Assembly (NCBI GenBank): GCA_963841435.1
Contig: CAWJCS010000006.1
Location: forward strand, 1,248,001 to 1,312,000
Reading direction: 5' to 3'
DNA length: 64,000 bases
Source of the DNA: an uncultured delta proteobacterium
GTDB lineage: Bacteria; Myxococcota_A; Polyangia; Polyangiales; Polyangiaceae
Program-made: the position numbers and the translations under genes
Shown: piece after piece, positions 55,485 through 63,918 of the stretch
Position numbering within the stretch: position 1 is the first letter of the stretch
Layout of the letters: every line of letters begins with the position of its first letter
Notes under the pieces: model-generated
The model's database searches: none
Seen by the model: only the letters and a program-made list of their open reading frames with translations
What the model was told of the DNA's origin: nothing

Positions 55485-55563
55485 GGTCGCGTCAACGCCC
55501 GGTCGCGTCAACGCCCGGTCGCGTCAACGCCCGGTCGCGTCAACGCCCGGTCGCGTCAACGCC
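55485..55563. repeat. 16-bp tandem repeat GGTCGCGTCAACGCCC, ~5 copies
   Basis: Copies start at 55485, 55501, 55517, 55533 and 55549 (last one partial). Confidence 0.95.
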
Positions 55564-55960
55564 GACGCCCGTCGCCGTTGCGTCGCCGCCCGTCGCCGTT
55601 ACGCCGCCGCCCGTCGCCGTTACGCCGCCGCCCGTCGCCGCCCGTCGCCGCCCGTCGCCGCCCGTCGCCGCCCGTCGCCGCCCGTCGCCGCTACGCCGCC
55701 CGTCGCCGCCCGTCGCCGCTACGCCGCCCGTCGCCGCTACGCCGCCCGTCGCCGCTTACGCCGCCCGTCGCCGCTACGCCGCCCGTCGCCGTTACGCCGC
55801 CGCCCGTCGCCGTTACGCCGCCGCCCGTCGCCGTTACGCCGCCGCCCGTCGCCGTTACGCCGCCGCCCGTCGCCGTTACGCCGCCGCCTGTCGCCGCTAC
55901 GCCGCCGCCTGTCGCCGCTACGCGCCGCCCGTCGCCGTTACGCGGCCGCCCGTCGCCGCC
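55564..55960. repeat. C-rich tandem array of 10/18/21-bp units (CCCGTCGCCG; CGCCGTTACGCCGCCGCCCGT)
   Basis: Seen directly; it extends into the last codons and TAA of the metalloprotease gene. Confidence 0.92.
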
Positions 55961-56870
55961 CGCGGCGTCTCCGCCGCAGCAGGAGGGCGGCGCCGAGGGG
56001 GGCGAGCGCGAAGAGCATCGTGGGGCTGTCGCGGCGATCGCTGGAGACGCTGCAGCCGCCGTCGTCGGTGACCGCGCACTGGCTCGAGAAGCCGTGGCGC
56101 GGGGTGCATTGGTTCGCATTCACGCTGCGATCCGGGGGGTAGGCGAGGCAGATGGCTTCGATGTCGTCGGCGTCGAGGGTGCGCTGGTGGGTGTCCTTTG
56201 GCCGGTAGTCCGGGTACATGGTCGCCCCGCGCAGCTGCGAGTGCGAAAGCCCCAGGAAATGCCCGACCTCATGCGTCACGACCGCGAGAAGGTCCGTGTC
56301 GATGAGTGCCACATCGTCGGTCGTCGTGAACGTGGCCTCGAACGAGTTGATCTCGACGTCGGCGTCGTAGATCTCGGCGTTTTCGGTGTTGTAGGTGACC
56401 GTCGTCAGCGCGAGCGTGTCTTCGGCGTTCTTGTAGGGCCAGGAGTTGTCGCGGAACATGAAGATGTTCGCGTTCGCTTGCGACTGGTTGTACTCGACGC
56501 GATTGCAGCTCACGGCGCCGAGGTCCTGCACCTCGATGCTCGCGAGCCCGCCGCCGCAGTCCGCCCCCTGCCACGTCGAGAACGCCTGATCGATGATGGC
56601 GCTCACCGTCTCGAAGTCGATGCCGTCCGCCGGCGAGCCGTCGCGCTGCACGGCGTACGAGACGCACGTCGCCGGCCAGTGCAAAGGCTGCCCCTCGAGC
56701 AAACACCCCACGCTGTCACGCGTGCAAGGCGGGTCCGGCTCCGACTGCCACACGTCGTCGTACGCGGGGCGGTTGTCGCAGGCTTTGGTGAGGCAGTAGG
56801 CGCGCGCTTCTCCGGCGACGCCCACCACGGCGAACGCGGCCAGCACGGCGAGGTGAGGGAGGGCGCGCAT
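55938..56870 (-). CDS. Matrixin-like (metzincin) metalloprotease with MYXO-CTERM-like sorting tail
   Basis: Signal peptide; HEVGHFLGLSHS zinc motif; Met-turn ATMYP; C-terminal GGCSV...LFALAPLGAALLLRRRRR. Confidence 0.92.
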   Translation of the reverse strand: MRALPHLAVLAAFAVVGVAGEARAYCLTKACDNRPAYDDVWQSEPDPPCTRDSVGCLLEGQPLHWPATCVSYAVQRDGSPADGIDFETVSAIIDQAFSTWQGADCGGGLASIEVQDLGAVSCNRVEYNQSQANANIFMFRDNSWPYKNAEDTLALTTVTYNTENAEIYDADVEINSFEATFTTTDDVALIDTDLLAVVTHEVGHFLGLSHSQLRGATMYPDYRPKDTHQRTLDADDIEAICLAYPPDRSVNANQCTPRHGFSSQCAVTDDGGCSVSSDRRDSPTMLFALAPLGAALLLRRRRRGRRRAAA

Positions 56871-57418
56871 CAGCGTGTGGCGCGCACGAGGCGCAGTGCG
56901 TCGGCGAGCAGCGAGCCGTCGAGGCGCCGGATCGCCGCGTTCGGCGCGTCGATGAGCGCGGGTAGGGCGGCGCTCTTGTGAAGGACGCGGCCGCGCGTCT
57001 CGCGCGCAATCGGGAAGTGCCCCTGCGCCATGGCAGTCACGGCGAAGAGCTCGGCGCCGACGCCACGGGCAAAAAGTAGAGACGCACGCCCCGGCACGAG
57101 CTCCGCCTCGCCCTCGACCAGCTGGCCGATTTTGCCGACCTTGCCGCCGAGTGTTTGCACCATGAGCTCCCCCGCGTCGGGCTTCTGCCCGGTGACGAGC
57201 TCGTCGATGCGGACCCGCGTCGTGGTCACGATGCGGCGGGAGTCGCCAACCTCCTGCCAGCTCGAGGCTTGCTCGAGGGCCGTGGCCAGCACCACCGTGT
57301 TGCTCTTGTGGACCAGGTCCTCGACCGACAGGGCCCGAGCGATGGTCGCCGAGGCCCGCGACGGCCAAAAACCGACGCCCAAGGCGCCGAAGAGCGCCAG
57401 GGCTCCCCGCCGGTTCAT
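56870..57418 (-). CDS. Hypothetical secreted protein (Tat-like signal), coupled to the metalloprotease
   Basis: MNRRGALAL..ASA signal; LSVEDLV..S..VV and QTLGG.VG; TGATG overlap with the protease gene. Confidence 0.8.
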   Translation of the reverse strand: MNRRGALALFGALGVGFWPSRASATIARALSVEDLVHKSNTVVLATALEQASSWQEVGDSRRIVTTTRVRIDELVTGQKPDAGELMVQTLGGKVGKIGQLVEGEAELVPGRASLLFARGVGAELFAVTAMAQGHFPIARETRGRVLHKSAALPALIDAPNAAIRRLDGSLLADALRLVRATR

Positions 57419-57478
57419 ACTCGAGATCCTAGCATGGGCCCCTGAGCGCGGCTTGCGCTATAACCCCGGCCCGGCCGC

Positions 57479-60172
57479 ATGCCGCCCATCGCTTCCGCGC
57501 CGTCGTCGGTGCCGCCCCTCGACCGCCGGTCGCCGAACCTGGCTGGCGAGCTCAAGGCCTATGTCACGCGTCATCGCGGCGCCGTGGAGGGAATGGTGCG
57601 TCGTGCCGACGCCGACGCAGGCCTGCCGGCCGCCATCCGCTTCGGCAAGATCATCGACGGCCTGCTCGCCTCGCTGTTCCAGATGCTCGAGTCGGGCCTC
57701 GCGGCCGACGGCGCGGCGCTGCCCCTGGGCCTCGTGGCGGTCGGTAGCTACGGTCGCGGCGAGCCTGCACTGCACAGCGACCTCGACGTGCGCCTCGTCT
57801 CCACGGCGCGGCCCGAGAACGTGCGCCCGATCGCCGAGGCGATGCTCTACCCATTGTGGGACGCGGGCTTGAGCCTCGGTCACCAGGTCGTCGCGCCCAA
57901 CGACGTGCTCGACCTTGCGCAGACCGATCTGCCGACGGCGACGACGCTGCTCGACTGGCGCGTCGTCGTGGGCGACCGCCTGCTCAGCGAGAAGCTTTTG
58001 ACGCGCGCTTTCGAGGGACTCTTCGGCGTTGGCAATATTTCCAAGTTCTTGGAGCGGCTGTCGTCGCGCGTGGGCGATCGTGGGGAGCGCTACGGCGGGT
58101 CGGTGTACCTGCTCGAGCCCGAGGTGAAGAACGGCATCGGCGGCTTGCGTGATCTGGATGTCGCGCGCTGGGCAGCGCGCGCGCGCTTTCGCGTCGGCGA
58201 GCTCAAGGAGCTCGTGCGGCTCGGCGTCCTGCTCGCGCGCGAGTGGCAGCAGCTCGAGCAGGCGACGCTCCTGCTCTGGCGCGTGAGAAACTTGCTGCAT
58301 TTGTACGCCGGCCGCCGCTCGGATCGCCTGAGCTTCGATCGCCAGGAAGCGCTCGCCAAGGATCTCGGCTACGGCTCGGGTGGCGCGGGGGTCGAGGCGT
58401 TCATGAGCGACTACTACCGGCAGGCGCGTGTCATCGCGCAATGCCGCGAGCTCATCTTGCAGCGCGCCGAGCCGCCGCCCAAGCGGCGCCCGCGCGAGCG
58501 CAGCATCGGCCACGGGCTCAAGATCACCAACGACCAGATCTCGATCGAGAATCAGGCCGCGCTCGAGCAGGATCCGGCGCTCGCTCTGCGCGCCTACGAC
58601 GAGGCGGTGCGCCGGTCGTTGCCGGTCTACGGCTTCGCCCGCGACGCCATCGCGCGCGCGCTGTCGTCGCCGACGTTCTGCGAGCGGCTCCGCGCGAGCG
58701 ACGAAGCGTCGCGGCTCTTCGTACGGCTCTGCACGGTGGCGCAGCGCACGCGGCTACGTGGCGGCTCGGTGCTTGCGGAGCTGCACGACGTCGGCCTGCT
58801 CGTGGCGATGATCCCCGAATTTTCGCCGGTCGTCGGTCGCGTCCACCACGACCTTTACCACACGTTCACGGTCGACGTTCACTCCGTGGCCGTCGTCGAT
58901 CAGCTTCGCGCGTTCGTGCGTGGCGAGCTCGCGGTGGAGCACCCGCTGGCCTCGCGCCTCGCTGCGGAGATTTCACGCCCCATCGTGCTCTTCTTTGCGT
59001 CGCTCTTGCACGACATCGGCAAGGACGAGGGCGGCAAGAATCACTCCGAGCGCGGCACGGTGATGGCCCGCTCGATCCTCACGCGCCTCGGCGTGCCGGA
59101 GGCCGACGTGCGCGAGGTCGAGCACCTCGTGCTCAAGCACCTTCGCATGTACCACGTGGCAACGCGGCGCGACATCGACGATCCCGACACGCTCGCGGCA
59201 TTTTGCGATGAAGTGCACGGTCGCGAGGGACTTCGCGAGCTCTACCTGCTCACGTTGTGCGACGTCTCGATGACGAGCCTCGGGGCGCTCAGCAGCTGGA
59301 AGGCACGCGTGCTCGAACAGCTCTATCTCTCGGCCGATCAGCGGCTGTCGTCGGACGGCGCGCCCCAGGGCGAGGAGCGCCTCGACAACGTGCGCGCCGC
59401 CGTGCGAGCGCTCTGCCCCGAGCGCGGCGAGCGCGTGTTCTTGGATCACTTCCTCGGCGCGATGCCGGAGCGCTACCTCTACGCGAACGAGCCGGGCGAG
59501 ATCGTGCGCCATTCGCGCTTCGCGCGCGCCGCCCAGCAGAAGCAGGTCAACGTTACGGTGATGACGACCGACGCGCACTACGTCGAGCTCGGCTTCATCG
59601 CCGAGGATCGCCCCGGCTTGCTCGCCATGGTCACGGCGACGCTCGCCTCGGTGCGCTGCAAGATCCTGAGCGCGCAGGTCTACAGCTGGGTCGATACGTT
59701 CGGCCGCACGCGAGCGCTCGACTTGTTCTGGGTGCGTTCGGGAACCTCGCCCGTGACGGTGCAGAACGCCGTGCCGCGCATCGAGCGCGAGTTCCAGCGG
59801 CTCCTCTCGCAGGAGCTGACGCCGGCCGAGCTCGTGACCGGCGGCGCGCGGCGCTCGACGTTCTCGGATCGCCCGGCGCCCGCCATCACCACCGAGGTGC
59901 ACGTCGACAACCGCGTCTCGCACAACCAGACCGTGATCGAGGTGACGACGCGCGATCAGGCGGGGCTTCTGTTCTGGCTCAGCCACACCCTGCAGGTGCT
60001 TGGCCTGCACATCAACCTCGCCAAGATCAACACCGAGGGTAACCAGGTGGCCGACGTTTTCTACGTCACCGACGACGACGGAGCCAAGGTGACGAACCCC
60101 GAGCGCATCGAAAGCATCAAAGGGCGTCTGGCTCATACGATCCATCGCCTCGAGGAGACGCAAAAGACATGA
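57479..60172 (+). CDS. glnD: [Protein-PII] uridylyltransferase / uridylyl-removing enzyme
   Basis: AVGSYGRGE...SDLDV, LEPEVKNGIGGLRD, YHTFTVDVHS, LLHDIGK (HD domain) and two ACT domains (DRPGLL, DQAGLL, DVFYV). Confidence 0.96.
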   Translation: MPPIASAPSSVPPLDRRSPNLAGELKAYVTRHRGAVEGMVRRADADAGLPAAIRFGKIIDGLLASLFQMLESGLAADGAALPLGLVAVGSYGRGEPALHSDLDVRLVSTARPENVRPIAEAMLYPLWDAGLSLGHQVVAPNDVLDLAQTDLPTATTLLDWRVVVGDRLLSEKLLTRAFEGLFGVGNISKFLERLSSRVGDRGERYGGSVYLLEPEVKNGIGGLRDLDVARWAARARFRVGELKELVRLGVLLAREWQQLEQATLLLWRVRNLLHLYAGRRSDRLSFDRQEALAKDLGYGSGGAGVEAFMSDYYRQARVIAQCRELILQRAEPPPKRRPRERSIGHGLKITNDQISIENQAALEQDPALALRAYDEAVRRSLPVYGFARDAIARALSSPTFCERLRASDEASRLFVRLCTVAQRTRLRGGSVLAELHDVGLLVAMIPEFSPVVGRVHHDLYHTFTVDVHSVAVVDQLRAFVRGELAVEHPLASRLAAEISRPIVLFFASLLHDIGKDEGGKNHSERGTVMARSILTRLGVPEADVREVEHLVLKHLRMYHVATRRDIDDPDTLAAFCDEVHGREGLRELYLLTLCDVSMTSLGALSSWKARVLEQLYLSADQRLSSDGAPQGEERLDNVRAAVRALCPERGERVFLDHFLGAMPERYLYANEPGEIVRHSRFARAAQQKQVNVTVMTTDAHYVELGFIAEDRPGLLAMVTATLASVRCKILSAQVYSWVDTFGRTRALDLFWVRSGTSPVTVQNAVPRIEREFQRLLSQELTPAELVTGGARRSTFSDRPAPAITTEVHVDNRVSHNQTVIEVTTRDQAGLLFWLSHTLQVLGLHINLAKINTEGNQVADVFYVTDDDGAKVTNPERIESIKGRLAHTIHRLEETQKT

Positions 60173-61158
60173 AATCAGCGCTTTCCCCGTGCCTCGGGCT
60201 CGTGGTGCTCGCCTGCGCGAGCTCGAGCCCACCGCCCGCGAGTGATCCGAGCCTCGATGAGCCAGCGCCGTCCGGGGAGGCCCGGCCCGCGGCCGTCCCG
60301 GCGTCCAATGCCGACGTCGAGCAGGGCATGGCTTTCCTCGAGAAACAGGATTTCGAGCAGGCGAAGACGGTGCTCGAAGCGGCGCGCAAGAAGGACCCGA
60401 AGGACGCGCAGGCCGCCTTCTATCTCGGTATCGCGCTCGAGGGTCTCGGCGACAAGGCGGGGGCCGTCAAGGAGTACCGCGCGGCGCTCGATCTCGATCC
60501 GAAGCTGCCGGACCCGGCGGTGAACGCTTCGCAGCTGCTCCTGGAAGACAGCGACGCCCAGGGTGCGCTCGCCGTCGTCGACCCTGCGCTAAAGCAGACT
60601 CCAAAGCACCCCGATCTCCTGCTCAATCGCGCCGTTGCGCTCGAAGCGCTCGGCAAGAAGGACGAGGCGCTCGCCGCCTACGGTAGCGCCGCTGCCGTCC
60701 GCCCGAAGGATTTCGCGCTCCACGCGGCCTACGGCGGATTGCTCAGCGAGGCCGGCAAAAGCAAGGAGGCCGTGAAGGAGCTCGATGCCGCGGCTGGCTC
60801 CGACGACCCGGCGCTGCTCGCGAGCGTCGCCTCCGTGCTCACGAAGGAAGGCGCGTTCCCCGAGTGCGTGCGCGCCGTCGAGAAGGCGATGGCGCAGCGG
60901 AAGGTCCCGGCCTTGCTAGTGCGCCGCGGCATCTGCAAGGCGGGCGAGAAGGACGAAAAGGGCGCCGCCGCCGACTACGAAGCCGCCCTCGCGATGGACG
61001 CGAAGTTTGCGCCCGCGCACCACTACTACGGCATCCTGCTCTCGCAGAAAGACAAGAAGAAGGCGCTCGAGCACTTCGACAAAGCCGCCGCCGAAGCCGG
61101 CGACAAGGGCATCGGCCCCGAAGCAAAGAAAATGGCCGCGAAGCTCCGCGGCAAGTAG
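60169..61158 (+). CDS. Tetratricopeptide-repeat lipoprotein
   Basis: LGLVVLAC lipobox; repeated TPR-like units (AAFYLGIAL...A..EY.AAL.LDP); ATGA coupling to glnD. Confidence 0.9.
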   Translation: MKSALSPCLGLVVLACASSSPPPASDPSLDEPAPSGEARPAAVPASNADVEQGMAFLEKQDFEQAKTVLEAARKKDPKDAQAAFYLGIALEGLGDKAGAVKEYRAALDLDPKLPDPAVNASQLLLEDSDAQGALAVVDPALKQTPKHPDLLLNRAVALEALGKKDEALAAYGSAAAVRPKDFALHAAYGGLLSEAGKSKEAVKELDAAAGSDDPALLASVASVLTKEGAFPECVRAVEKAMAQRKVPALLVRRGICKAGEKDEKGAAADYEAALAMDAKFAPAHHYYGILLSQKDKKKALEHFDKAAAEAGDKGIGPEAKKMAAKLRGK

Positions 61159-61159
61159 A

Positions 61160-61399
61160 CCCCCGAAGTCTTGCAAGACCAGATCACGATCGTCCCGAAC
61201 GGGAACGCCCCCGAAGTCTCGCAAGACCAGATCACGATCGTCCCGAACGGGAACGCCCCCGAAGTCTCGCAAGACCAGATCACGATCGTCCCGAACGGGA
61301 ACGCCCCCGAAGTCTCGCAAGACCAGATCACGATCGTCCCGAACGGGAACGCCCCCGAAGTCTTGGAAGACCAGATCACGATCGTCCCGAGCGGGAACG
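61160..61399. repeat. 48-bp tandem repeat x5
   Basis: Unit CCCCCGAAGTCTYGSAAGACCAGATCACGATCGTCCCGARCGGGAACG at 61160, 61208, 61256, 61304 and 61352. Confidence 0.97.
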
Positions 61400-61764
61400 C
61401 CCCAAACTGAAGAACCGGCGGAACGGGCGCCGGCTGCTTCGAGCTCGCGCGAGCCGCCGAGCGTCCCAATCCGGCATCCTGCCCACTCCACGACGAACGC
61501 CCCAAACTGAAGAACCGGCGGAACGGGCGCCGGCTGCTTCGAGCTCGCGCGAGCCGCCGAGCGTCCCGGTCCGGCATCCTGCCCACTCCACGACGAACGC
61601 CCCAAACTGAAGAACCGGCGGAACGGGCGCCGGCTGCTTCGAGCTCGCGCGAGCCGCCGAGCGTCCCAATCCGGCATCCTGCCCACTCCACGACGAACGC
61701 CCCAAACTGAAGAACCGGCGGAACGGGCGCCGGCTGCTTCGAGCTCGCGCGAGCCGCCGAGCGT
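61400..61764. repeat. 100-bp tandem repeat, ~3.65 copies
   Basis: Unit CCCCAAACTGAAGAACCGGCG...CCACGACGAACG at 61400, 61500, 61600 and 61700 (partial). Only an AA/GG variant differs among the full copies. Confidence 0.97.
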
Positions 61765-61771
61765 TTCGATG

Positions 61772-62668
61772 TCAGCTCCCGCCGAGTAGCGCTTCCAAGA
61801 TCCGATCGAGCTCGTCCCACGACGAGTACTTGACCACGATCTCGCCCTTGCCGTCGCGATCCTTGAGCTCGACGCGCGTGCCGAGCTTGCGCTCGAGCCG
61901 GCCCTCGATGTCGCGCACGTTCGCCGATTTCGCTTTCGGGGTCTTGCTCGCGCCGCCCGCGGGCTGCTTGAGGTTCCTGACGAGCGCTTCGGTCTGCCGC
62001 ACGCTGAGGTGGCCCTTGACCACCTTGTCGGCGAGCTCGGAGAGAGCATCGTCGTTCGGGGCGCCGAGCAGCGCGCGCGCGTGGCCCTCGCTGAGCTCGC
62101 CCATGACGACACGCTCGCGCACGCTCTTCGGCAGGCGGAGCAGCCGGAGCGCGTTGGCGATCGACGAGCGATCCTTGCCGACGCGCTCGGCGAGCTTCTC
62201 CTGGGTGTAGCCGTGCTCGCGCACGAGCCGGTCGAGCGCTTCGGCGAACTCGATCGGGTCGAGGTCCTCGCGCTGGACGTTCTCGATGAGCGCGAGCTCG
62301 TAGGCGTCGCGCGCCGAGACCTCGTGCACCACCACCATGACCTCGCGCAGGCCCGCACGCTGTGCGGCGCGCCAGCGGCGTTCACCCGCGATGATCTCGA
62401 AGTCCGTCTCGCCCCGTCGCCTGACGACGAGCGGCTCGAGCAGGCCGTGGATCCTGATCGAGTCGGCGAGCTCGTCGAGGCGCGCGCTGTCGAAGTGCTG
62501 CCGCGGCTGGTCGCGCTGCGGAAAGATGCGCTCGAGCGCACACGAAAAGACGTTGCCTTCGCCGTACGCGTTCGCGGGGCGCTCGGGTGTCACCGGGGCA
62601 CGCATCGGCAAGAGCGCGTCGAGGCCCCGCCCGAGCCCGCGCACGGGGCGCTTGGTGGGCTCCGTCAC
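61772..62668 (-). CDS. parB: Chromosome partition protein ParB/Spo0J
   Basis: RGLGRGLDALL, QPRQHFD, IIAGERRWRAA, ALIENVQREDL, TQEKLAERVGKDRSSIANALRLL and LSEGHARALL. GTGA overlap with parA. Confidence 0.97.
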   Translation of the reverse strand: MTEPTKRPVRGLGRGLDALLPMRAPVTPERPANAYGEGNVFSCALERIFPQRDQPRQHFDSARLDELADSIRIHGLLEPLVVRRRGETDFEIIAGERRWRAAQRAGLREVMVVVHEVSARDAYELALIENVQREDLDPIEFAEALDRLVREHGYTQEKLAERVGKDRSSIANALRLLRLPKSVRERVVMGELSEGHARALLGAPNDDALSELADKVVKGHLSVRQTEALVRNLKQPAGGASKTPKAKSANVRDIEGRLERKLGTRVELKDRDGKGEIVVKYSSWDELDRILEALLGGS

Positions 62669-63429
62669 GCGGTGACCTCGATGACCTCGCGTGCGAGGCT
62701 CAGGTAGCCCTGTGCGCCTTTCGACCCGGCGTCGTAAAGCAACGCCGGCAGGCCATGCGAGGGCGCTTCGCTCAGGCGCACGTTGCGCGGAATGATGGTC
62801 TCGAAGACGCGGAAATGGCGTTTCACCTCGTCGGCGACCTGGTGGGCGAGCCGATTTCTCGGGTCCCACATCGTGAGCACGATGCCGTCGAGCGTGAGGG
62901 TCGGGTTGAGCGAGGACTTCACGCGGTCGATCGTGGCCATCAGGTAGGTGATGCCTTCGAGTGCGTAGTACTCGGGTTGCAGCGGCACGATCACGCGCTT
63001 GGCGGCGACCAGCACGTTCAGCGTGAGCACGCCGAGCGAGGGCGGCGAATCGAGGATGACGTACTCGTAGCGACCCATGTCCGGATCGTCGAGTAGCGCG
63101 GCGAGGTGCGTGCCGCGGTTCTCCTCGAACAGCTCGTACTCGACGCCGACGAGGTCCTGCGTCGAGGGCGCGACATCGAGCATCTCGATCTTCGTGCGGC
63201 AGAGCACGTCGGCAAGGCGGCGCCCTCCGACGAGCGCGTCGTAAATCGTCCGCTCCGATGTGCCCGGTCGCACGCCCACGCCGCTCGAGGCGTTGCCCTG
63301 CGGGTCCATATCGATGAGCAGGGTGCGCCGCTCGGCTGCCGCCAAGCTTGCGGCGAGGTTGACCGCCGTCGTGGTCTTTCCCACGCCGCCCTTCTGGTTG
63401 GCGATGGCGATGATGTGAGGGCCGGGCAT
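62665..63429 (-). CDS. parA: Chromosome partition ATPase ParA/Soj
   Basis: ANQKGGVGKTTT, IDMDPQGNASSG, ILDSPPSLG, PLQPEYYALEG and IPRNVRLSEAPSHG. Confidence 0.97.
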   Translation of the reverse strand: MPGPHIIAIANQKGGVGKTTTAVNLAASLAAAERRTLLIDMDPQGNASSGVGVRPGTSERTIYDALVGGRRLADVLCRTKIEMLDVAPSTQDLVGVEYELFEENRGTHLAALLDDPDMGRYEYVILDSPPSLGVLTLNVLVAAKRVIVPLQPEYYALEGITYLMATIDRVKSSLNPTLTLDGIVLTMWDPRNRLAHQVADEVKRHFRVFETIIPRNVRLSEAPSHGLPALLYDAGSKGAQGYLSLAREVIEVTA

Positions 63430-63546
63430 CAGAGGCTCAGGGTGCGCAGACTATCCTGTCGGTCCGGCGGGTGCGCGGCTCGGGTTCCGGCGCAACAAAG
63501 GTTTTGGGGAAAGGCCGAATCGATCGGCGCCGCAAGCCCCGCGTGG

Positions 63547-63615
63547 AGCGGCTTTCCGTGATGCCCGAGGCGCTCGAGGGGAGCACCGCCCTCGGTCGAT
63601 CGGAGCCGCTTTTTT
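63547..63615 (+). terminator. Long imperfect hairpin followed by a T-run
   Basis: AGCGGCT/AGCCGCT, CCGAGG/CCTCGG and GCTC/GAGC stems, then TTTTTT at 63610-63615. Confidence 0.4.
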
Positions 63616-63701
63616 GGAGCGGGAGTGGAGACCGCCTACATTGTAGTCAGATGTAGGTCTAAGTAGGTGAGTGTAATCTTAGACCGGAGAGGATTCCCCA
63701 G

Positions 63702-63881
63702 ATGGCAGACCCACGAGGCTATTCGACTTTCCAGGACTTTCAGCGCGAGGAGCTCCGCCCCGATATGCGCATCGGCTGGTCCACCGACGAGATCGAGCAC
63801 AACGGCCAGGCCCTGGACTTCGACATGGACCCGTTCGAGGCCGCGCTGTTTCAGGCCGAGCAGGAAGAAAACGAAGACTAG
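63702..63881 (+). CDS. Small acidic protein (59 aa), absent from the ORF track
   Basis: GGAGAGG RBS then ATG; translates as MADPRGYSTFQDFQREELRPDMRIGWSTDEIEHNGQALDFDMDPFEAALFQAEQEENED*. Strong GC3 bias and a downstream hairpin. Confidence 0.7.
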   Translation: MADPRGYSTFQDFQREELRPDMRIGWSTDEIEHNGQALDFDMDPFEAALFQAEQEENED

Positions 63882-63891
63882 GGAGGGCGGC

Positions 63892-63918
63892 GGCGGGGGC
63901 GCCGAAGGCGTCCCCGCC
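63892..63918 (+). terminator. GC-rich hairpin after the small acidic ORF
   Basis: GGCGGGGGCGCC-GAA-GGCGTCCCCGCC, 10 nt after TAG; no U-tract. Confidence 0.5.

Noticed and set aside
53932-56981. Arg/Pro/Ala-rich ORFs across the RAYT-flanking arrays
   Set aside because: Low-complexity translations of stop-poor repeats, open in several frames at once.
61171-61410. 79-aa ORF of QDQITIVPNGNAPEVS repeats
   Set aside because: It is simply the translation of a 48-bp (multiple of three) repeat, with a TTG start and no RBS. Coding cannot be supported.
61160-61764. CRISPR array interpretation
   Set aside because: Units are head-to-tail near-identical copies with no unique spacers, and there are no cas genes in the window.
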